In this document: positions 36,754 to 47,630 of the stretch, piece by piece
Position numbering within the stretch: position 1 is the stretch's first letter
How the letters are laid out: each line of letters starts with the position of its first letter
NCBI GenBank assembly: GCA_965653045.1
Contig: CBFGYM010000002.1
Location: 2,192 to 66,191 of the forward strand
Reading direction: 5' to 3'
DNA from: an uncultured Gammaproteobacteria bacterium
GTDB lineage: Bacteria > Pseudomonadota > Gammaproteobacteria > DSM-16500
DNA length: 64,000 nt
The notes under the pieces: model-generated
Told to the model about the DNA's origin: nothing
Seen by the model: only the letters and a program-made list of their open reading frames with translations
Databases searched by the model: none
Made by a program: the position numbers and the translations under genes

Positions 36754-38363
36754 TGCGTGAATCAATGGAATTTGATGTGGTGATTGTGGGCGCGGGTCCC
36801 GGCGGGCTCTCAAGCGCTATTCGTTTAGCCACTTTAGCGAAAGAAAATAATGTAACATTATCTATTGCCATTATTGATAAAGGCAGTCAGGTTGGTTCAC
36901 ATATTTTATCAGGTGCCGTGCTTGAACCCCGCGCACTGAATGAATTGTTGCCCAATTGGGAGAGCTTAAATCCGCCAACGCACACCCCTGTCACCGCTGA
37001 CGAATTTTTATATTTAACACAGGCACGCGCTTTTAAACTTCCCACGCCCCCTCAAATGAAAAATCACGGGAATTTCATTATCAGTTTAGAAGCATTCTGT
37101 CGTTGGTTAGCCACGCAAGCTGAATTATTAGGCGTGAATATTTTCCCAGGTTTTGCAGCCAGTGAATTTATTTTAGAAGATAATATCGTACGCGGTATTA
37201 TCACCGGTGATCAAGGTATTGATAAGCACGGACAACCCAAAGCCAATTTTCAAGCCGGTATTGAACTACGTGCAAAACAAACCGTTTTCGCAGAAGGATG
37301 CCGCGGTTCACTCAGCCAACAACTCATGCAGCATTTTGATTTGCGGAAAAATGCGGATCCACAAACCTATGCGCTGGGCATTAAAGAACTGTGGGAAATT
37401 CCCAAAGAGAAACATCGCGCAGGCGCTGTAACGCATACGATTGGTTGGCCCTTAGATCATCACACTTACGGCGGTTCTTTTTTATATCACTTCGGTGATA
37501 ATTTAATTTCACTCGGGTTTGTTGTGGGTTTAGATTATCAAAATCCTTATTTTAACCCTTACGAAACCTTCCAACAATTTAAAACACACCCACGCATACA
37601 ACCCTTATTAGAAAATGGTAAACGCATTAGCTATGGTGCACGCACCTTAATTGAAGGTGGCTGGCAATCTTTACCCACCTTAACTTTTCCGGGGGGTTTA
37701 CTCGTTGGTGATGCCGCTGGGTTTTTGAATGTGCCGAAAATTAAAGGCACGCACACTGCTATGAAATCAGGCATGTTAGCTGCTGAAACCCTGTTTAAAC
37801 ATCTCACTGAAACAACACCCCTCAGCGCTTATCAAACCACTGTTGAAAAAAGTTGGTTAGCGACGGAATTAAAACAAGCTCGAAATATTCGCCCAGGGTT
37901 CCATTGGGGTTTGTGGCCAGGATTAATCAATGCCGCCATCGACACTTATTTATTTCGAGGGAAAGCACCGTGGACTTTACATCACAAAAAACCTGATTAT
38001 GCTTGTTTAACACCGGCTGCAAAATCGAAAAAAATAACTTACCCAAAGCACGACCAACGCATTACCTTCGATTTAATGAGTTCTGTGTTTTTAACACAAT
38101 CAACGTACGATGAAAACCAGCCCAATCACTTAAAATTAAAAAATCCGTCCGTTGCAATTGATATCAATTACAAAGATTATGCATCGCCTGAGCAACGTTA
38201 TTGTCCTGCTGGTGTTTATGAAATTGTTGAGTCGCCACCGCGTTTACAAATCAATGCGGCCAACTGCATACAATGCAAAGCTTGCGATATTAAAGACCCC
38301 ACACAAAATATTGTGTGGACGACACCAGAAGGGGGCAGCGGGCCGCAATACCACAATATGTGA
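36747..38363 (+). CDS. electron-transfer flavoprotein:ubiquinone oxidoreductase
   Basis: FAD motif FDVVIVGAGPGGLS and a C-terminal 4Fe-4S motif (CPAGVYE...CIQCKACDIKDP). The start is ambiguous (36747, 36753 or 36765). Confidence 0.9.
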   Translation: MLMRESMEFDVVIVGAGPGGLSSAIRLATLAKENNVTLSIAIIDKGSQVGSHILSGAVLEPRALNELLPNWESLNPPTHTPVTADEFLYLTQARAFKLPTPPQMKNHGNFIISLEAFCRWLATQAELLGVNIFPGFAASEFILEDNIVRGIITGDQGIDKHGQPKANFQAGIELRAKQTVFAEGCRGSLSQQLMQHFDLRKNADPQTYALGIKELWEIPKEKHRAGAVTHTIGWPLDHHTYGGSFLYHFGDNLISLGFVVGLDYQNPYFNPYETFQQFKTHPRIQPLLENGKRISYGARTLIEGGWQSLPTLTFPGGLLVGDAAGFLNVPKIKGTHTAMKSGMLAAETLFKHLTETTPLSAYQTTVEKSWLATELKQARNIRPGFHWGLWPGLINAAIDTYLFRGKAPWTLHHKKPDYACLTPAAKSKKITYPKHDQRITFDLMSSVFLTQSTYDENQPNHLKLKNPSVAIDINYKDYASPEQRYCPAGVYEIVESPPRLQINAANCIQCKACDIKDPTQNIVWTTPEGGSGPQYHNM

Positions 38364-38409
38364 AGCTGTGATATAATAGGCAATCAGTCTTTTAATCATC
38401 AGGAGTGTT

Positions 38410-39834
38410 ATGCTGAGCCGATTATTAAGAAAGAAGCCCATTACCCATCACAGTCATCACTCAGACTTACACCGCACCCTCACTGCTTTCGACCTCACCC
38501 TCATGGGCATTGGTGCCATTATTGGGGCAGGCGTTTTCGTGATTACCGGGATTGCAGCCGCGACCAAAGCAGGCCCTGCAGTCACCCTCTCCTTTATTCT
38601 GGCAGGCTTTGCCTCAATGCTCGCCGCACTGGCCTATGCTGAGCTTGCTTCTAGCGTTGGCGGCACAGGCAGTGCCTATAGTTACGCTTACTCCGGGTTT
38701 GGTGAATTCGTTGCTTGGATTATTGGGTGGAATTTATTACTCGAATATTTAATGAGTGTTTCAACCGTTGCGATTGGGTGGGCAGGCTATGTCAGTAATT
38801 TTTTTGAATCTATCGGCTACCCCATGCCTAAAGATTTATCGACCAACCCGTTCGATGGCGGCGTTATCAATTTACCGGCGTTTTTGATTATTCTTGCCAT
38901 CGGTGGACTACTTTGTTTAGGCGTGCGACAAAGTGCGCGTTTAAATAATGTGATTGTTGCAATTAAACTCAGCACGATTGCCTTTTTTATGATTGTCGCA
39001 GCGTTTAATTTCAATATTGAACACTGGCATCCGTTTATGCCCTTTGGGGCTATAGGGGTTGTGCAAGGTGCCGCGCTCGTGTTTTTCGCGTATATCGGCT
39101 TTGATGCACTCTCCACCGCTGTTGAAGAAGCCATTGAACCGCAAAAAAATATCCCCATCGCGATTATTTTATCTTTAATTGTCTGTACCTTGGTTTATAT
39201 TGTGGTTTCAGGCTTATTAACCGGCATTGACACCTACAAAGATTTAAACGTTGGTTCGCCTGTGGCACATGCTTTATTGCAAATTGGTTATCGTTCTGCA
39301 GCTGGTATTGTGGCCTTAGGCGCAATTGCTGGGTTAACAACCGTCATGCTCATTATGTTTTATGGATTAACTCGCATTATTTTAGCAATGTCACGCGATC
39401 ATTTACTCCCGAATGCTTTAGCTAAAGTGAACCCAAATACTAAAACGCCGGTGAGAGCCATTGTCATTTGCGGTTTATTAATGGCGCTGGTTGCAGGGTT
39501 CTCACCCATAGCGCACGCAGCTGAACTAGTGAATATTGGCACGCTCGCTGCTTTTGTGTTCGTGTGTTTAGGCGTCATGGTCTTACGCATCACACACCCC
39601 GCTTTAGAGCGACCCTTCAAATTACCGTTAAACCCACTATTCCCATTATTAGGCGCTGCCGCTTGTGTTTATTTAATGTATTATCTCTCCACCGTTACTT
39701 GGTGGCGCTTTTGGATTTGGTCAGCACTCGGCATTATTATTTATTTTAGTTACGGTTACCGAGCGGCTGCGCACGTGACGCACATGCCAAGTTCACCCGA
39801 GAAAAAGGTAGATGATTTAGATAAGCCGCAATGA
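38410..39834 (+). CDS. APC-family amino acid permease
   Basis: 474 aa with 12-13 TM helices and a typical amino acid/polyamine transporter N-terminus (LTLMGIGAIIGAGVFVITG). Confidence 0.8.
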   Translation: MLSRLLRKKPITHHSHHSDLHRTLTAFDLTLMGIGAIIGAGVFVITGIAAATKAGPAVTLSFILAGFASMLAALAYAELASSVGGTGSAYSYAYSGFGEFVAWIIGWNLLLEYLMSVSTVAIGWAGYVSNFFESIGYPMPKDLSTNPFDGGVINLPAFLIILAIGGLLCLGVRQSARLNNVIVAIKLSTIAFFMIVAAFNFNIEHWHPFMPFGAIGVVQGAALVFFAYIGFDALSTAVEEAIEPQKNIPIAIILSLIVCTLVYIVVSGLLTGIDTYKDLNVGSPVAHALLQIGYRSAAGIVALGAIAGLTTVMLIMFYGLTRIILAMSRDHLLPNALAKVNPNTKTPVRAIVICGLLMALVAGFSPIAHAAELVNIGTLAAFVFVCLGVMVLRITHPALERPFKLPLNPLFPLLGAAACVYLMYYLSTVTWWRFWIWSALGIIIYFSYGYRAAAHVTHMPSSPEKKVDDLDKPQ

Positions 39835-40669
39835 AGCGGCCCGCATCAACCAAGGCATTTAAATCAACCCCGGTTTGAATGCCTAACCCATTTAACAAAT
39901 ATACGACGTCTTCTGTTGCCACATTGCCTGCGGCTCCTTTTGCATACGGGCAACCGCCTATGCCTGCAACCGATGAATCAATGATCGATACGCCACATTC
40001 CAAGGCCGCGTAAATATTCACAAGCGCTTGACCGTAAGTATCGTGGAAATGCACGGCGATTTGATCAATCGGCACCGCTGTTTGCACGCAATTTAATAAA
40101 GCTTTGGTCGCAAGCGGTGTACCCACGCCAATGGTATCGCCCAACGATATTTCATCGCATCCCATTGCTAATAATGTCGCGGATAAATCTCGCACTTTTT
40201 CAGGAGAAATCTCTCCCTCGTACGGGCAACCTAATACGCAAGACACATACGCACGGACCCGCAAACGATGTTGCTTTGCTAAAGCTGTCACGGACTGCAT
40301 GCGTGTTAAGCTCTCTTCCACTGAACAGTGGGTGTTTTTTTGTGAAAAGGCCTCCGAAGGCGTGGTAAAAATAGCAATTTCATCAGCACCAGCAGCCAGG
40401 GCTGCTTCAAATCCTTGCACATTGGGCACGAGCACAGGGTAGCGCACACCCGGTGTTTTTGTGATGCCGTGTAAAACAGCGGCGCCATCAGCCAGTGCGG
40501 GTATGCGTTTCGGTGACACAAAACTCGTCGCTTCTATTACTTTTAAGCCGGTTTGTGAAAGTTTATTAATAAACGAAATTTTTATATCTGTCGGCACAAA
40601 GACAGCTTCATTTTGCAAACCATCACGTGGGCTAACTTCAACAATCGTCACGTTTTTTGGAAAACTCAT
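39746..40669 (-). CDS. liuE: hydroxymethylglutaryl-CoA lyase
   Basis: VEVSPRDGLQNE N-terminal motif and a TIM-barrel HMGL-like pattern (HFHDTYGQAL). The 3' end overlaps the convergent permease gene by 89 nt. Confidence 0.85.
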   Translation of the reverse strand: MSFPKNVTIVEVSPRDGLQNEAVFVPTDIKISFINKLSQTGLKVIEATSFVSPKRIPALADGAAVLHGITKTPGVRYPVLVPNVQGFEAALAAGADEIAIFTTPSEAFSQKNTHCSVEESLTRMQSVTALAKQHRLRVRAYVSCVLGCPYEGEISPEKVRDLSATLLAMGCDEISLGDTIGVGTPLATKALLNCVQTAVPIDQIAVHFHDTYGQALVNIYAALECGVSIIDSSVAGIGGCPYAKGAAGNVATEDVVYLLNGLGIQTGVDLNALVDAGRFIAAYLNHLPFSRVNLACASRAQPLGNRN

Positions 40670-41451
40670 TTCGCACCTCGTTTGGCTTTTGCATCCAAAA
40701 ATGCTTTCAACCCTATTTTTGCTTCCGGTGTCATGCGCAAATCGGCTAAATGTTTTGCGGTTTCATGCGATAAATCAGTCGTCATTGCACGATATTGTAT
40801 GTTACTCAATAATGCTTTAATTGCATGGATACTACTGGGTTCATAGGCGGCTAATTGATGTGCTAAGGCATTTGCTGCACGCATCATCGATTTTGTGTCA
40901 TCGTAAACGGCGTGAATTAGGCCGATGTTTTTTGCGATTTCTGCACCAAAAACCTCACCTGTTAAAAAATAATAACGTGCGGCACGTTCACCCATTGCAT
41001 TTACCACATAAGGGCTGATAGTTGAGGGGGCTAAATTTAGTTTCACTTCGGGAAAACCAAAATTGGCTGAGGATTCAGTCAAGACAATATCGGCTGCTGC
41101 TAACAAACCTAAACCTCCGCCACGCACTGCGCCTTGTGTTAAGACAAGGGTTGGTTGCGGCATGTGATGCCATTGATATAATAAGGCCGCTAATTTTTCG
41201 GCATCTTCGCGGTTTTCAGTCTCATTTGCAGCGGCCATCTTTTGCATCCAGGTAATATCAGCGCCTGCACAAAAATGTTCGCCTTCCCCTTGCAGAATAA
41301 TGACGCGTGAACGATGTGAATCTTGAATTTGTGTTAATACCTCACTTAATTCAGCGATAAGCTGTCCATCTATCGCATTGCGTTTATGTGGGCGGTTCAG
41401 TGTAATGCTCGTCACGAATTGTTCGTGATGTACAATTAAACTTTTTTCCAT
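40666..41451 (-). CDS. liuC: enoyl-CoA hydratase family (methylglutaconyl-CoA hydratase by context)
   Basis: 261-aa crotonase fold (ILQGEGEHFCAGADI). Positioned between mccB and the HMG-CoA lyase gene. Confidence 0.75.
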   Translation of the reverse strand: MEKSLIVHHEQFVTSITLNRPHKRNAIDGQLIAELSEVLTQIQDSHRSRVIILQGEGEHFCAGADITWMQKMAAANETENREDAEKLAALLYQWHHMPQPTLVLTQGAVRGGGLGLLAAADIVLTESSANFGFPEVKLNLAPSTISPYVVNAMGERAARYYFLTGEVFGAEIAKNIGLIHAVYDDTKSMMRAANALAHQLAAYEPSSIHAIKALLSNIQYRAMTTDLSHETAKHLADLRMTPEAKIGLKAFLDAKAKRGAK

Positions 41452-41454
41452 GCG

Positions 41455-43062
41455 TTACATCCTAAATAAGCCGAAGTTTGTTTTTTCAATAGGCGCATTC
41501 AAGGCAATTTGAAAACTGCGCACCACAACTTCACGGGTTGATAAAGGGTCGATAATGCCATCGTCCCACAATCTTGCACTCGCATAATACGCTGAAGCTT
41601 CTTTAGCGTATTTTTTTAAGATAGGGGCTTTTAAATTATTTTCATCAGTTTCTGTGAATGTTTCACCGTGTCGAATTTTTTTATCTTTAGTCACTTGCAC
41701 TAAAACACTCGCCGCTTGTTCACCACCCATCACAGCAATGCGTGCATTCGGCCACATAAATAAAAACCGTGGTTCATAAGCTCGGCCGCACATGGCGTAA
41801 TTGCCTGCACCATAACTGCCGCCGATAATAACCGTCACTTTTGGCACAGCAGCACACGCCACGGCATTCACTAATTTTGCGCCGTGTTTCGCAATGCCTT
41901 CTGATTCCACTTTGCTACCGACCATAAACCCGGTAATATTTTGTAAAAATAAAAGAGGAATGCCGCGCTGCGTACATAGTTCGATGAAATGCGCGCCTTT
42001 GACCGCGGCTTCTGAAAATAAAATGCCATTATTCGCAATAATACCAACGGGTATGCCTTCCATGTGCGCAAAGCCACAAATTAAGGTTTTGCCATATAAG
42101 GCTTTGAATTCATCAAAATGCGAGCGATCCGTAATACGCATAATAATTTCACGCACATCAAACGGATAGCGCGAATCGGCCGGAATAATACCGTAAATAT
42201 CCTCTGGGGAAATGGTTGGTGCAGCCGGTGTTTGCATCAGCACACGGGCTGCTTGTTGCCAATTTAAATTTGAAATGACCACACGTGTTTGTTTTAAAGC
42301 ATCTTCATCATTCTCAGCATAATAATCAGCAACGCCTGATTGACGACAATGCACATCGGCGCCGCCTAAAGCTTCTGCGGTGATCACTTCACCCGTTGCA
42401 GCTTTCACCAGCGGCGGGCCTGCTAAAAAGATTGTGGCTTGTTGCTTCACCATAATACATTGATCAGCCATTGCGGGAATATATGCGCCACCAGCTGTAC
42501 ACGACCCCATCACCACGGCAATTTGTGGAATCCCTGCTGCTGATAAACGCGCTTGATTGAAAAATATTCTGCCGAAATGCGTTTCATCAGGGAACACTTC
42601 ATCTTGCATGGGTAAGAAAGCGCCGCCAGAATCGACTAAATAAACGCAGGGTAAATGATTTTGTTCTGCAATTTTTTGGGCGCGTAAATGTTTTTTCACC
42701 GTAATGGGGTAATACGTACCACCTTTTACCGTGGCATCATTGGCAACAATCATGCAATCAATACCGTGAATTTTTCCTATGCCCGTAATAATGCCACCGG
42801 CAGGTAATTCATCGTCGTATAATTCAAAACCCGCGAGTAATGATAATTCAAAAAAAGTAGTTTTCGGGTCAATTAACGCTGCAATACGTTCACGCGGTAA
42901 TAATTTACCGTGTTTACGGTGACGTTCTTTTGCTTTTTCACCGCCTCCGCTTAATAAGGTTTGTGATAAAGCTTTCCATCCATCAACGGTTGCGCTCATT
43001 ACGCTTTCATTGTGTTGAAACATGCTGTCTTTGGGTTTCACTTGCGATTTCCATTCGCTCAT
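41455..43062 (-). CDS. liuB: methylcrotonyl-CoA carboxylase, carboxyltransferase (beta) subunit
   Basis: Carboxyltransferase of about 535 aa (…[14 protein letters not shown]…, …[16 protein letters not shown]…). Start taken at the ATG at 43062 with an AGGA RBS; the track start at 43104 would overlap ivd. Confidence 0.85.
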   Translation of the reverse strand: MSEWKSQVKPKDSMFQHNESVMSATVDGWKALSQTLLSGGGEKAKERHRKHGKLLPRERIAALIDPKTTFFELSLLAGFELYDDELPAGGIITGIGKIHGIDCMIVANDATVKGGTYYPITVKKHLRAQKIAEQNHLPCVYLVDSGGAFLPMQDEVFPDETHFGRIFFNQARLSAAGIPQIAVVMGSCTAGGAYIPAMADQCIMVKQQATIFLAGPPLVKAATGEVITAEALGGADVHCRQSGVADYYAENDEDALKQTRVVISNLNWQQAARVLMQTPAAPTISPEDIYGIIPADSRYPFDVREIIMRITDRSHFDEFKALYGKTLICGFAHMEGIPVGIIANNGILFSEAAVKGAHFIELCTQRGIPLLFLQNITGFMVGSKVESEGIAKHGAKLVNAVACAAVPKVTVIIGGSYGAGNYAMCGRAYEPRFLFMWPNARIAVMGGEQAASVLVQVTKDKKIRHGETFTETDENNLKAPILKKYAKEASAYYASARLWDDGIIDPLSTREVVVRSFQIALNAPIEKTNFGLFRM

Positions 43063-43075
43063 CGCGTTTTCCTTT

Positions 43076-44236
43076 TTAATGGTCTGAGAATAATTCGCGT
43101 CCAATTAACATGCGGCGAATTTCAGAGGTGCCTGCGCCAATTTCATAAAGCTTTGCATCGCGCCATAAACGACCAACCGGATATTCATTCACATATCCAT
43201 TGCCGCCTAGGCATTGAATGGCATCGCTCGCCATAGACGTAGCGCGTTCTGCCGTAAAGAGAATAACCGCAGCGGCATCTTTACGAGTGGCGGTGCCGCG
43301 GTCACACCCGTCTGCCACGGCATATAAATAAGCTTGTGAGGCGCTTAAATCAGCATACATATCGGCTAATTTCGCTTGCATCAATTCAAATTCGCCGATG
43401 GGTCGACCGAATTGTTTACGCTCACGCACGTAGGGCAACACATTATCCATACACGCCATCATAATACCGACGGGGCCTGCCGCTAAAACAACCCGTTCAT
43501 AGTTCAAACCGCGCATTAAGACTTCTGCACCTTTGTTCACTTCCCCCAACACATGGGTTGCCGGTATGAAGCAATTCTCAAAAATTAATTCACACGTATT
43601 TGACCCACGCATACCTAATTTATCGAGTTTTTGAGCCGTGCTAAAACCTGTGAAGGTTTTCTCAACAATGAACGCTGTAATACCGTGAGAACCACCACTT
43701 GGGTCGGTGCGCGCATAAACGACTAATACATCGGCATCCGGTCCGTTGGTGATCCACATTTTTGTGCCATTTAAACGATAACCATTTTCATGTTGCTCTG
43801 CTTTAAGTTGCAAATTCATTACGTCTGAACCGGCTTGCGTTTCACTCATCGCAAGCGCGCCCACCCATTCACCCGTGCATAATTTCGGAAGAAATGATTT
43901 TTTCTGTTCAGAAGTGCCGTTCAAGTTTATTTGATTAACACATAAGTTACTATGCGCACCGTAACTCAAGCCAATAGAAGCAGAAGCACGACTAATTTCA
44001 GCCATGATGATGGTGTGAGCAAGATAGCCAAGGCTAGAGCCGCCAAACTCAGCAGGCACCGTCACACCTAAGACACCTAATTGACCGAGTTTAGGCCACA
44101 ACTCTCGGGGAAAGGTATTTTTATGATCGATTTCAGCAGCAAAAGGCGCAATTTCGCGCTCTGCAAATTCTCTGATTGATTCACGCAGTAACTCCATTGT
44201 CTCGCCTTGTGCAAACTGCAAAAATGTCATTCCCAT
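43076..44236 (-). CDS. liuA: isovaleryl-CoA dehydrogenase
   Basis: 386-aa ACAD ([22 protein letters not shown]). First gene of the leucine-catabolism cluster. Confidence 0.85.
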   Translation of the reverse strand: MGMTFLQFAQGETMELLRESIREFAEREIAPFAAEIDHKNTFPRELWPKLGQLGVLGVTVPAEFGGSSLGYLAHTIIMAEISRASASIGLSYGAHSNLCVNQINLNGTSEQKKSFLPKLCTGEWVGALAMSETQAGSDVMNLQLKAEQHENGYRLNGTKMWITNGPDADVLVVYARTDPSGGSHGITAFIVEKTFTGFSTAQKLDKLGMRGSNTCELIFENCFIPATHVLGEVNKGAEVLMRGLNYERVVLAAGPVGIMMACMDNVLPYVRERKQFGRPIGEFELMQAKLADMYADLSASQAYLYAVADGCDRGTATRKDAAAVILFTAERATSMASDAIQCLGGNGYVNEYPVGRLWRDAKLYEIGAGTSEIRRMLIGRELFSDH

Positions 44237-44391
44237 CCTCCGATTGACAGGCTATACTAGGTTGAATTTGATTGTACCTAAATTTTGTGCATATTGTTAC
44301 AATTGGCAAAAAGAAAATCTTAAGTCTATCTTAAGCTAATTACTTTAATATTGAACGAGTACGGAAATCTTAATTCACGCAGGAGAGCTCG

Positions 44392-45369
44392 ATGCCATTA
44401 CCCAATCCAAAAGTCTTAAAAGCTTTACTGAATATTTATGCGCACGATATGCGGCATCTTAATGTCAAACCTAAGACCATGTATGATCAAGTCACCACCG
44501 CTTTTACAAATTCCGTTTCTACTGTCATTGGTGGTTACACCAATTCACAACTTCAAACCATTTGTGAAAATGTTTTCGCAAAGTTTAATAATAAAACAAC
44601 CGTTCAACAATGGTTAGAGGTTGCCAACGACCTTGCCGTTGAAGCACTCGATGCACACAATGCAAAATCAAGCTTAGCCATTGCAATTCACATGACCTCT
44701 CCTGATTCAAAACTTTGTAATACGTTACACGCGATTCGCACCTATATTATTTATATCATTACGCAAGATGAGCTATTGAAACGTGAGTATGATGCGATAA
44801 TCAATGAAGAAAATAAAAGTGTTGCCGCACTGGAAGAAAAACGCATTGCAACACTCGAAGAAGGTAACGATGCCTATAATACGTTCTCTCAACAAAATGA
44901 AAAACTCGTAAGGCTTGCGTATATTGGACATTTTGAATCAACCGTTCGTGCGGCTGAACGCAATTTATTTGGCCTACCGTGTAAAAATAGCAAACAAGGC
45001 AATATCCCGTACACCTTGGCTCATAATTACTTTGAAAAATTCTATGAAGAAAACTTGCGTTTTGATATTACGGGTGCGACGTTCAGTGAGTGGGAACATC
45101 AAACCATCAATAAACCCGATGAGCCTGAACTTAATACGTTTCGCTCACCCACACCAAATGCCCTCAATCGACGTTCTCCTTCCAGCCCGCTTGAGCGTGG
45201 CATGTTTAGCGCAAGAGGGTCACAAGAGAGTGTGTCTTCTAAAGGCTCAGTGAAAGAAGGCGGGCCTTCATCCTCCTCTGAAGAAGCGAGCAGTGAAGTT
45301 CCGCCGCCGCCACCTGGTCGCCCAGGCGCCTCGCACAGTGCCTCGCAAGGTGACGGCGACCCTTCTTAA
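44392..45369 (+). CDS. hypothetical protein with S/E/P-rich disordered C-terminus
   Basis: 325-aa ORF. The tail reads GPSSSSEEASSEVPPPPPGRPGASHSASQGDGDPS. No recognisable domain. Confidence 0.5.
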   Translation: MPLPNPKVLKALLNIYAHDMRHLNVKPKTMYDQVTTAFTNSVSTVIGGYTNSQLQTICENVFAKFNNKTTVQQWLEVANDLAVEALDAHNAKSSLAIAIHMTSPDSKLCNTLHAIRTYIIYIITQDELLKREYDAIINEENKSVAALEEKRIATLEEGNDAYNTFSQQNEKLVRLAYIGHFESTVRAAERNLFGLPCKNSKQGNIPYTLAHNYFEKFYEENLRFDITGATFSEWEHQTINKPDEPELNTFRSPTPNALNRRSPSSPLERGMFSARGSQESVSSKGSVKEGGPSSSSEEASSEVPPPPPGRPGASHSASQGDGDPS

Positions 45370-45435
45370 CGTTAAACCGCCCGCCAGCACTGATTCTGCT
45401 GGCGTTTAGGGTAAACTTTCCGTATTATCGCGCCT

Positions 45436-46620
45436 ATGAAAAAAATACTCTTAAAAAAAGGCGAGGATGGAAGGCTGCGTCAAGGCCACCTCTGGGTCTA
45501 TAGCAACGAAATTGACACGACAAAAACACCCCTTTCTGGCTTCACAGCCGGCGAACTTGTGGGCGTTTTAGACTTTCACGGCGCAAAATTAGGCGTGGGC
45601 TATATTAACCCCCAGGCTTTAATTGCCGTGCGTTTAATCAGCACACAGCCGGGCGCACAGCTTGATTTATCGTTTTTAGTGAAACGCTTACAAGCAGCTT
45701 TGGCGCTGCGTGAAAAGCAATTTTCAACACCGCATTACCGTTTAGTGTTTAGTGAAGCCGATGGCTTGCCAGGCTTAGTGGTTGACCGTTACGGTGATCA
45801 TTTAGTCGTTGAAATGAATACTGCGGGGATGGATGCAGTGAAAGACTTGGTGCGCGATGCTTTGCAACAAGTTATTCCTAGCGCAACGTCTATTTTAATG
45901 CGTAATGATAATGCCATGCGCGTGCATGAAAAATTATCGGCAAACCCTGAAAATTTATTGGGCTTAACACCGGCTGAAGTTGAAATTCAAGAAAACGATG
46001 TGCGTTTTTCTATTCCTTTGTTGGCCGGTCAAAAAACTGGTTGGTTTTACGATCATCGTTTGAATCGTGCTCGTTTAAAAGCCTATGTGAAAGATCAAAC
46101 CGTCTTAGATGTGTTTAGTTATTTAGGTGGTTGGGGTGTACAAGCCGCTGCGTTTGGTGCAGCGCAGGTAACCTGTATTGAAGCGTCTAAACTTGCGTCT
46201 GATTTAATTCAACATAATGCGGCCTTAAATGCCGTTTCTGAAAAAGTATCGGTAATCACAGACGATGCGTTCGATGCGATGAAGGCGTTAATTCAAGCGG
46301 GTAAAACCTTTGATGTGATTACACTAGACCCCCCTGCGTTTGTCAAACGGGCAAAAGACAGACGTGAAGGCATGCTGGCGTATCAGCGTGTGAATGAGTT
46401 GGCATTGAAGTTGTTAAACCCGGGTGGTGTGTTAGTGAGTTGCTCGTGTTCTATGCATGTGACGATGGAAGAATTACAATCGTTAGTGCAACGCGCGGCT
46501 GTGAAAACCCGTTCAACTTTGCAATTATTAGAACGCGGACATCAAGCGCCTGATCATCCTGTCCATCCAGCAATACCTGAGACAGATTATTTGAAGGCGA
46601 TCATTTTCCGGAAAATTTAA
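45436..46620 (+). CDS. rlmI: 23S rRNA (cytosine-C5) methyltransferase RlmI-like (PUA + class I SAM MTase)
   Basis: 394 aa. N-terminal PUA-like region (GHLWVYSNEI) and a SAM-binding region (VLDVFSYLGGWG...TLDPPAF). Confidence 0.8.
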   Translation: MKKILLKKGEDGRLRQGHLWVYSNEIDTTKTPLSGFTAGELVGVLDFHGAKLGVGYINPQALIAVRLISTQPGAQLDLSFLVKRLQAALALREKQFSTPHYRLVFSEADGLPGLVVDRYGDHLVVEMNTAGMDAVKDLVRDALQQVIPSATSILMRNDNAMRVHEKLSANPENLLGLTPAEVEIQENDVRFSIPLLAGQKTGWFYDHRLNRARLKAYVKDQTVLDVFSYLGGWGVQAAAFGAAQVTCIEASKLASDLIQHNAALNAVSEKVSVITDDAFDAMKALIQAGKTFDVITLDPPAFVKRAKDRREGMLAYQRVNELALKLLNPGGVLVSCSCSMHVTMEELQSLVQRAAVKTRSTLQLLERGHQAPDHPVHPAIPETDYLKAIIFRKI

Positions 46621-46641
46621 AAAACACCGAGATCATTTTTT

Positions 46642-47499
46642 ATGCTTAACGAAATCATTGACGAGCTGCGTTCACTGCGAAAAATCTTAAAAAAAGATTT
46701 CCTCGCCCCATTAACGTCTGATCAACGTGCCGCTTTATTTTCTGCTTTCAAAGAAATTTTCAAAACCGAAGAAGACGTTTTACATTTCCAAGGGAAAATT
46801 TTAAATAAAATTAAAAGAAACCTGCGCGATGAAAATAACCCTTATTTTTCCGAACAATTGTCTCCTTCACCACAATCTGCTTTAAGTTTTATTTTAAGTA
46901 TGAATTTTTCAGTGTTGAAGGCAAACGAAGCTGAAGCACAAGCCTTTTTAAAAGGGTTTGATAATGCTGAAATTAAATCCACTCCGAATATGACAAAACT
47001 CACGGTCAAAGAACGTTATTGGAAATTTTGTCAGCGACATCCCTTTTTAATTGCAGCGAGCATTGCGGCTATTTCAACGACCTTGTTATTAGGTGCATTT
47101 GTTTTAATGAGTGCCCTACCCCTGTTACTGCCGCCTTTTTTAAGCCTCACTGCCGGCATCTTTTTTAGCTTAGGGCTAAGCATTGCGGGCAACCTAGTTT
47201 TCACCGGCTTAGTGGGTGCTATTATTCGAAAAGTCAGCAATGTTGTGCTATTCAAAATGTCGAGCCAAGCTGAAAAACGGGGCGAGATGACAATCACTTC
47301 AAGCTTAAAAACGATGGTCGATGCCCTTGAACAACGCGCTATTCAAAAAAGCCCGAAAGATCAACGAGATAAAGCTTATTTAACCAAACCAGACCGTGAG
47401 GCTTTCACGCACTTAATTATCAAATTCACCACGTTTAAATATCGCATTCCGGAAACCACCGCATTAATTCAATCAAAATTTTATACCCTGCGATACTAA
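46642..47499 (+). CDS. hypothetical membrane-hairpin protein (paralog 1 of a pair)
   Basis: 285 aa. ERYWKFCQRHPFLIAASIA is followed by a hydrophobic stretch of about 65 aa. Shares three blocks with the next ORF. Confidence 0.6.
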   Translation: MLNEIIDELRSLRKILKKDFLAPLTSDQRAALFSAFKEIFKTEEDVLHFQGKILNKIKRNLRDENNPYFSEQLSPSPQSALSFILSMNFSVLKANEAEAQAFLKGFDNAEIKSTPNMTKLTVKERYWKFCQRHPFLIAASIAAISTTLLLGAFVLMSALPLLLPPFLSLTAGIFFSLGLSIAGNLVFTGLVGAIIRKVSNVVLFKMSSQAEKRGEMTITSSLKTMVDALEQRAIQKSPKDQRDKAYLTKPDREAFTHLIIKFTTFKYRIPETTALIQSKFYTLRY

Positions 47500-47630
47500 A
47501 ATTGCCTATTTTTGAATAAGTTACTAACCCATCACCCACCCCTCAACCCTGCTATTTTTGATAGACACAACCTGTTTATCGCTGTACAATGTGGAAAAAT
47601 ATTGCACAAAATAACATCGAGGGGATTGTA

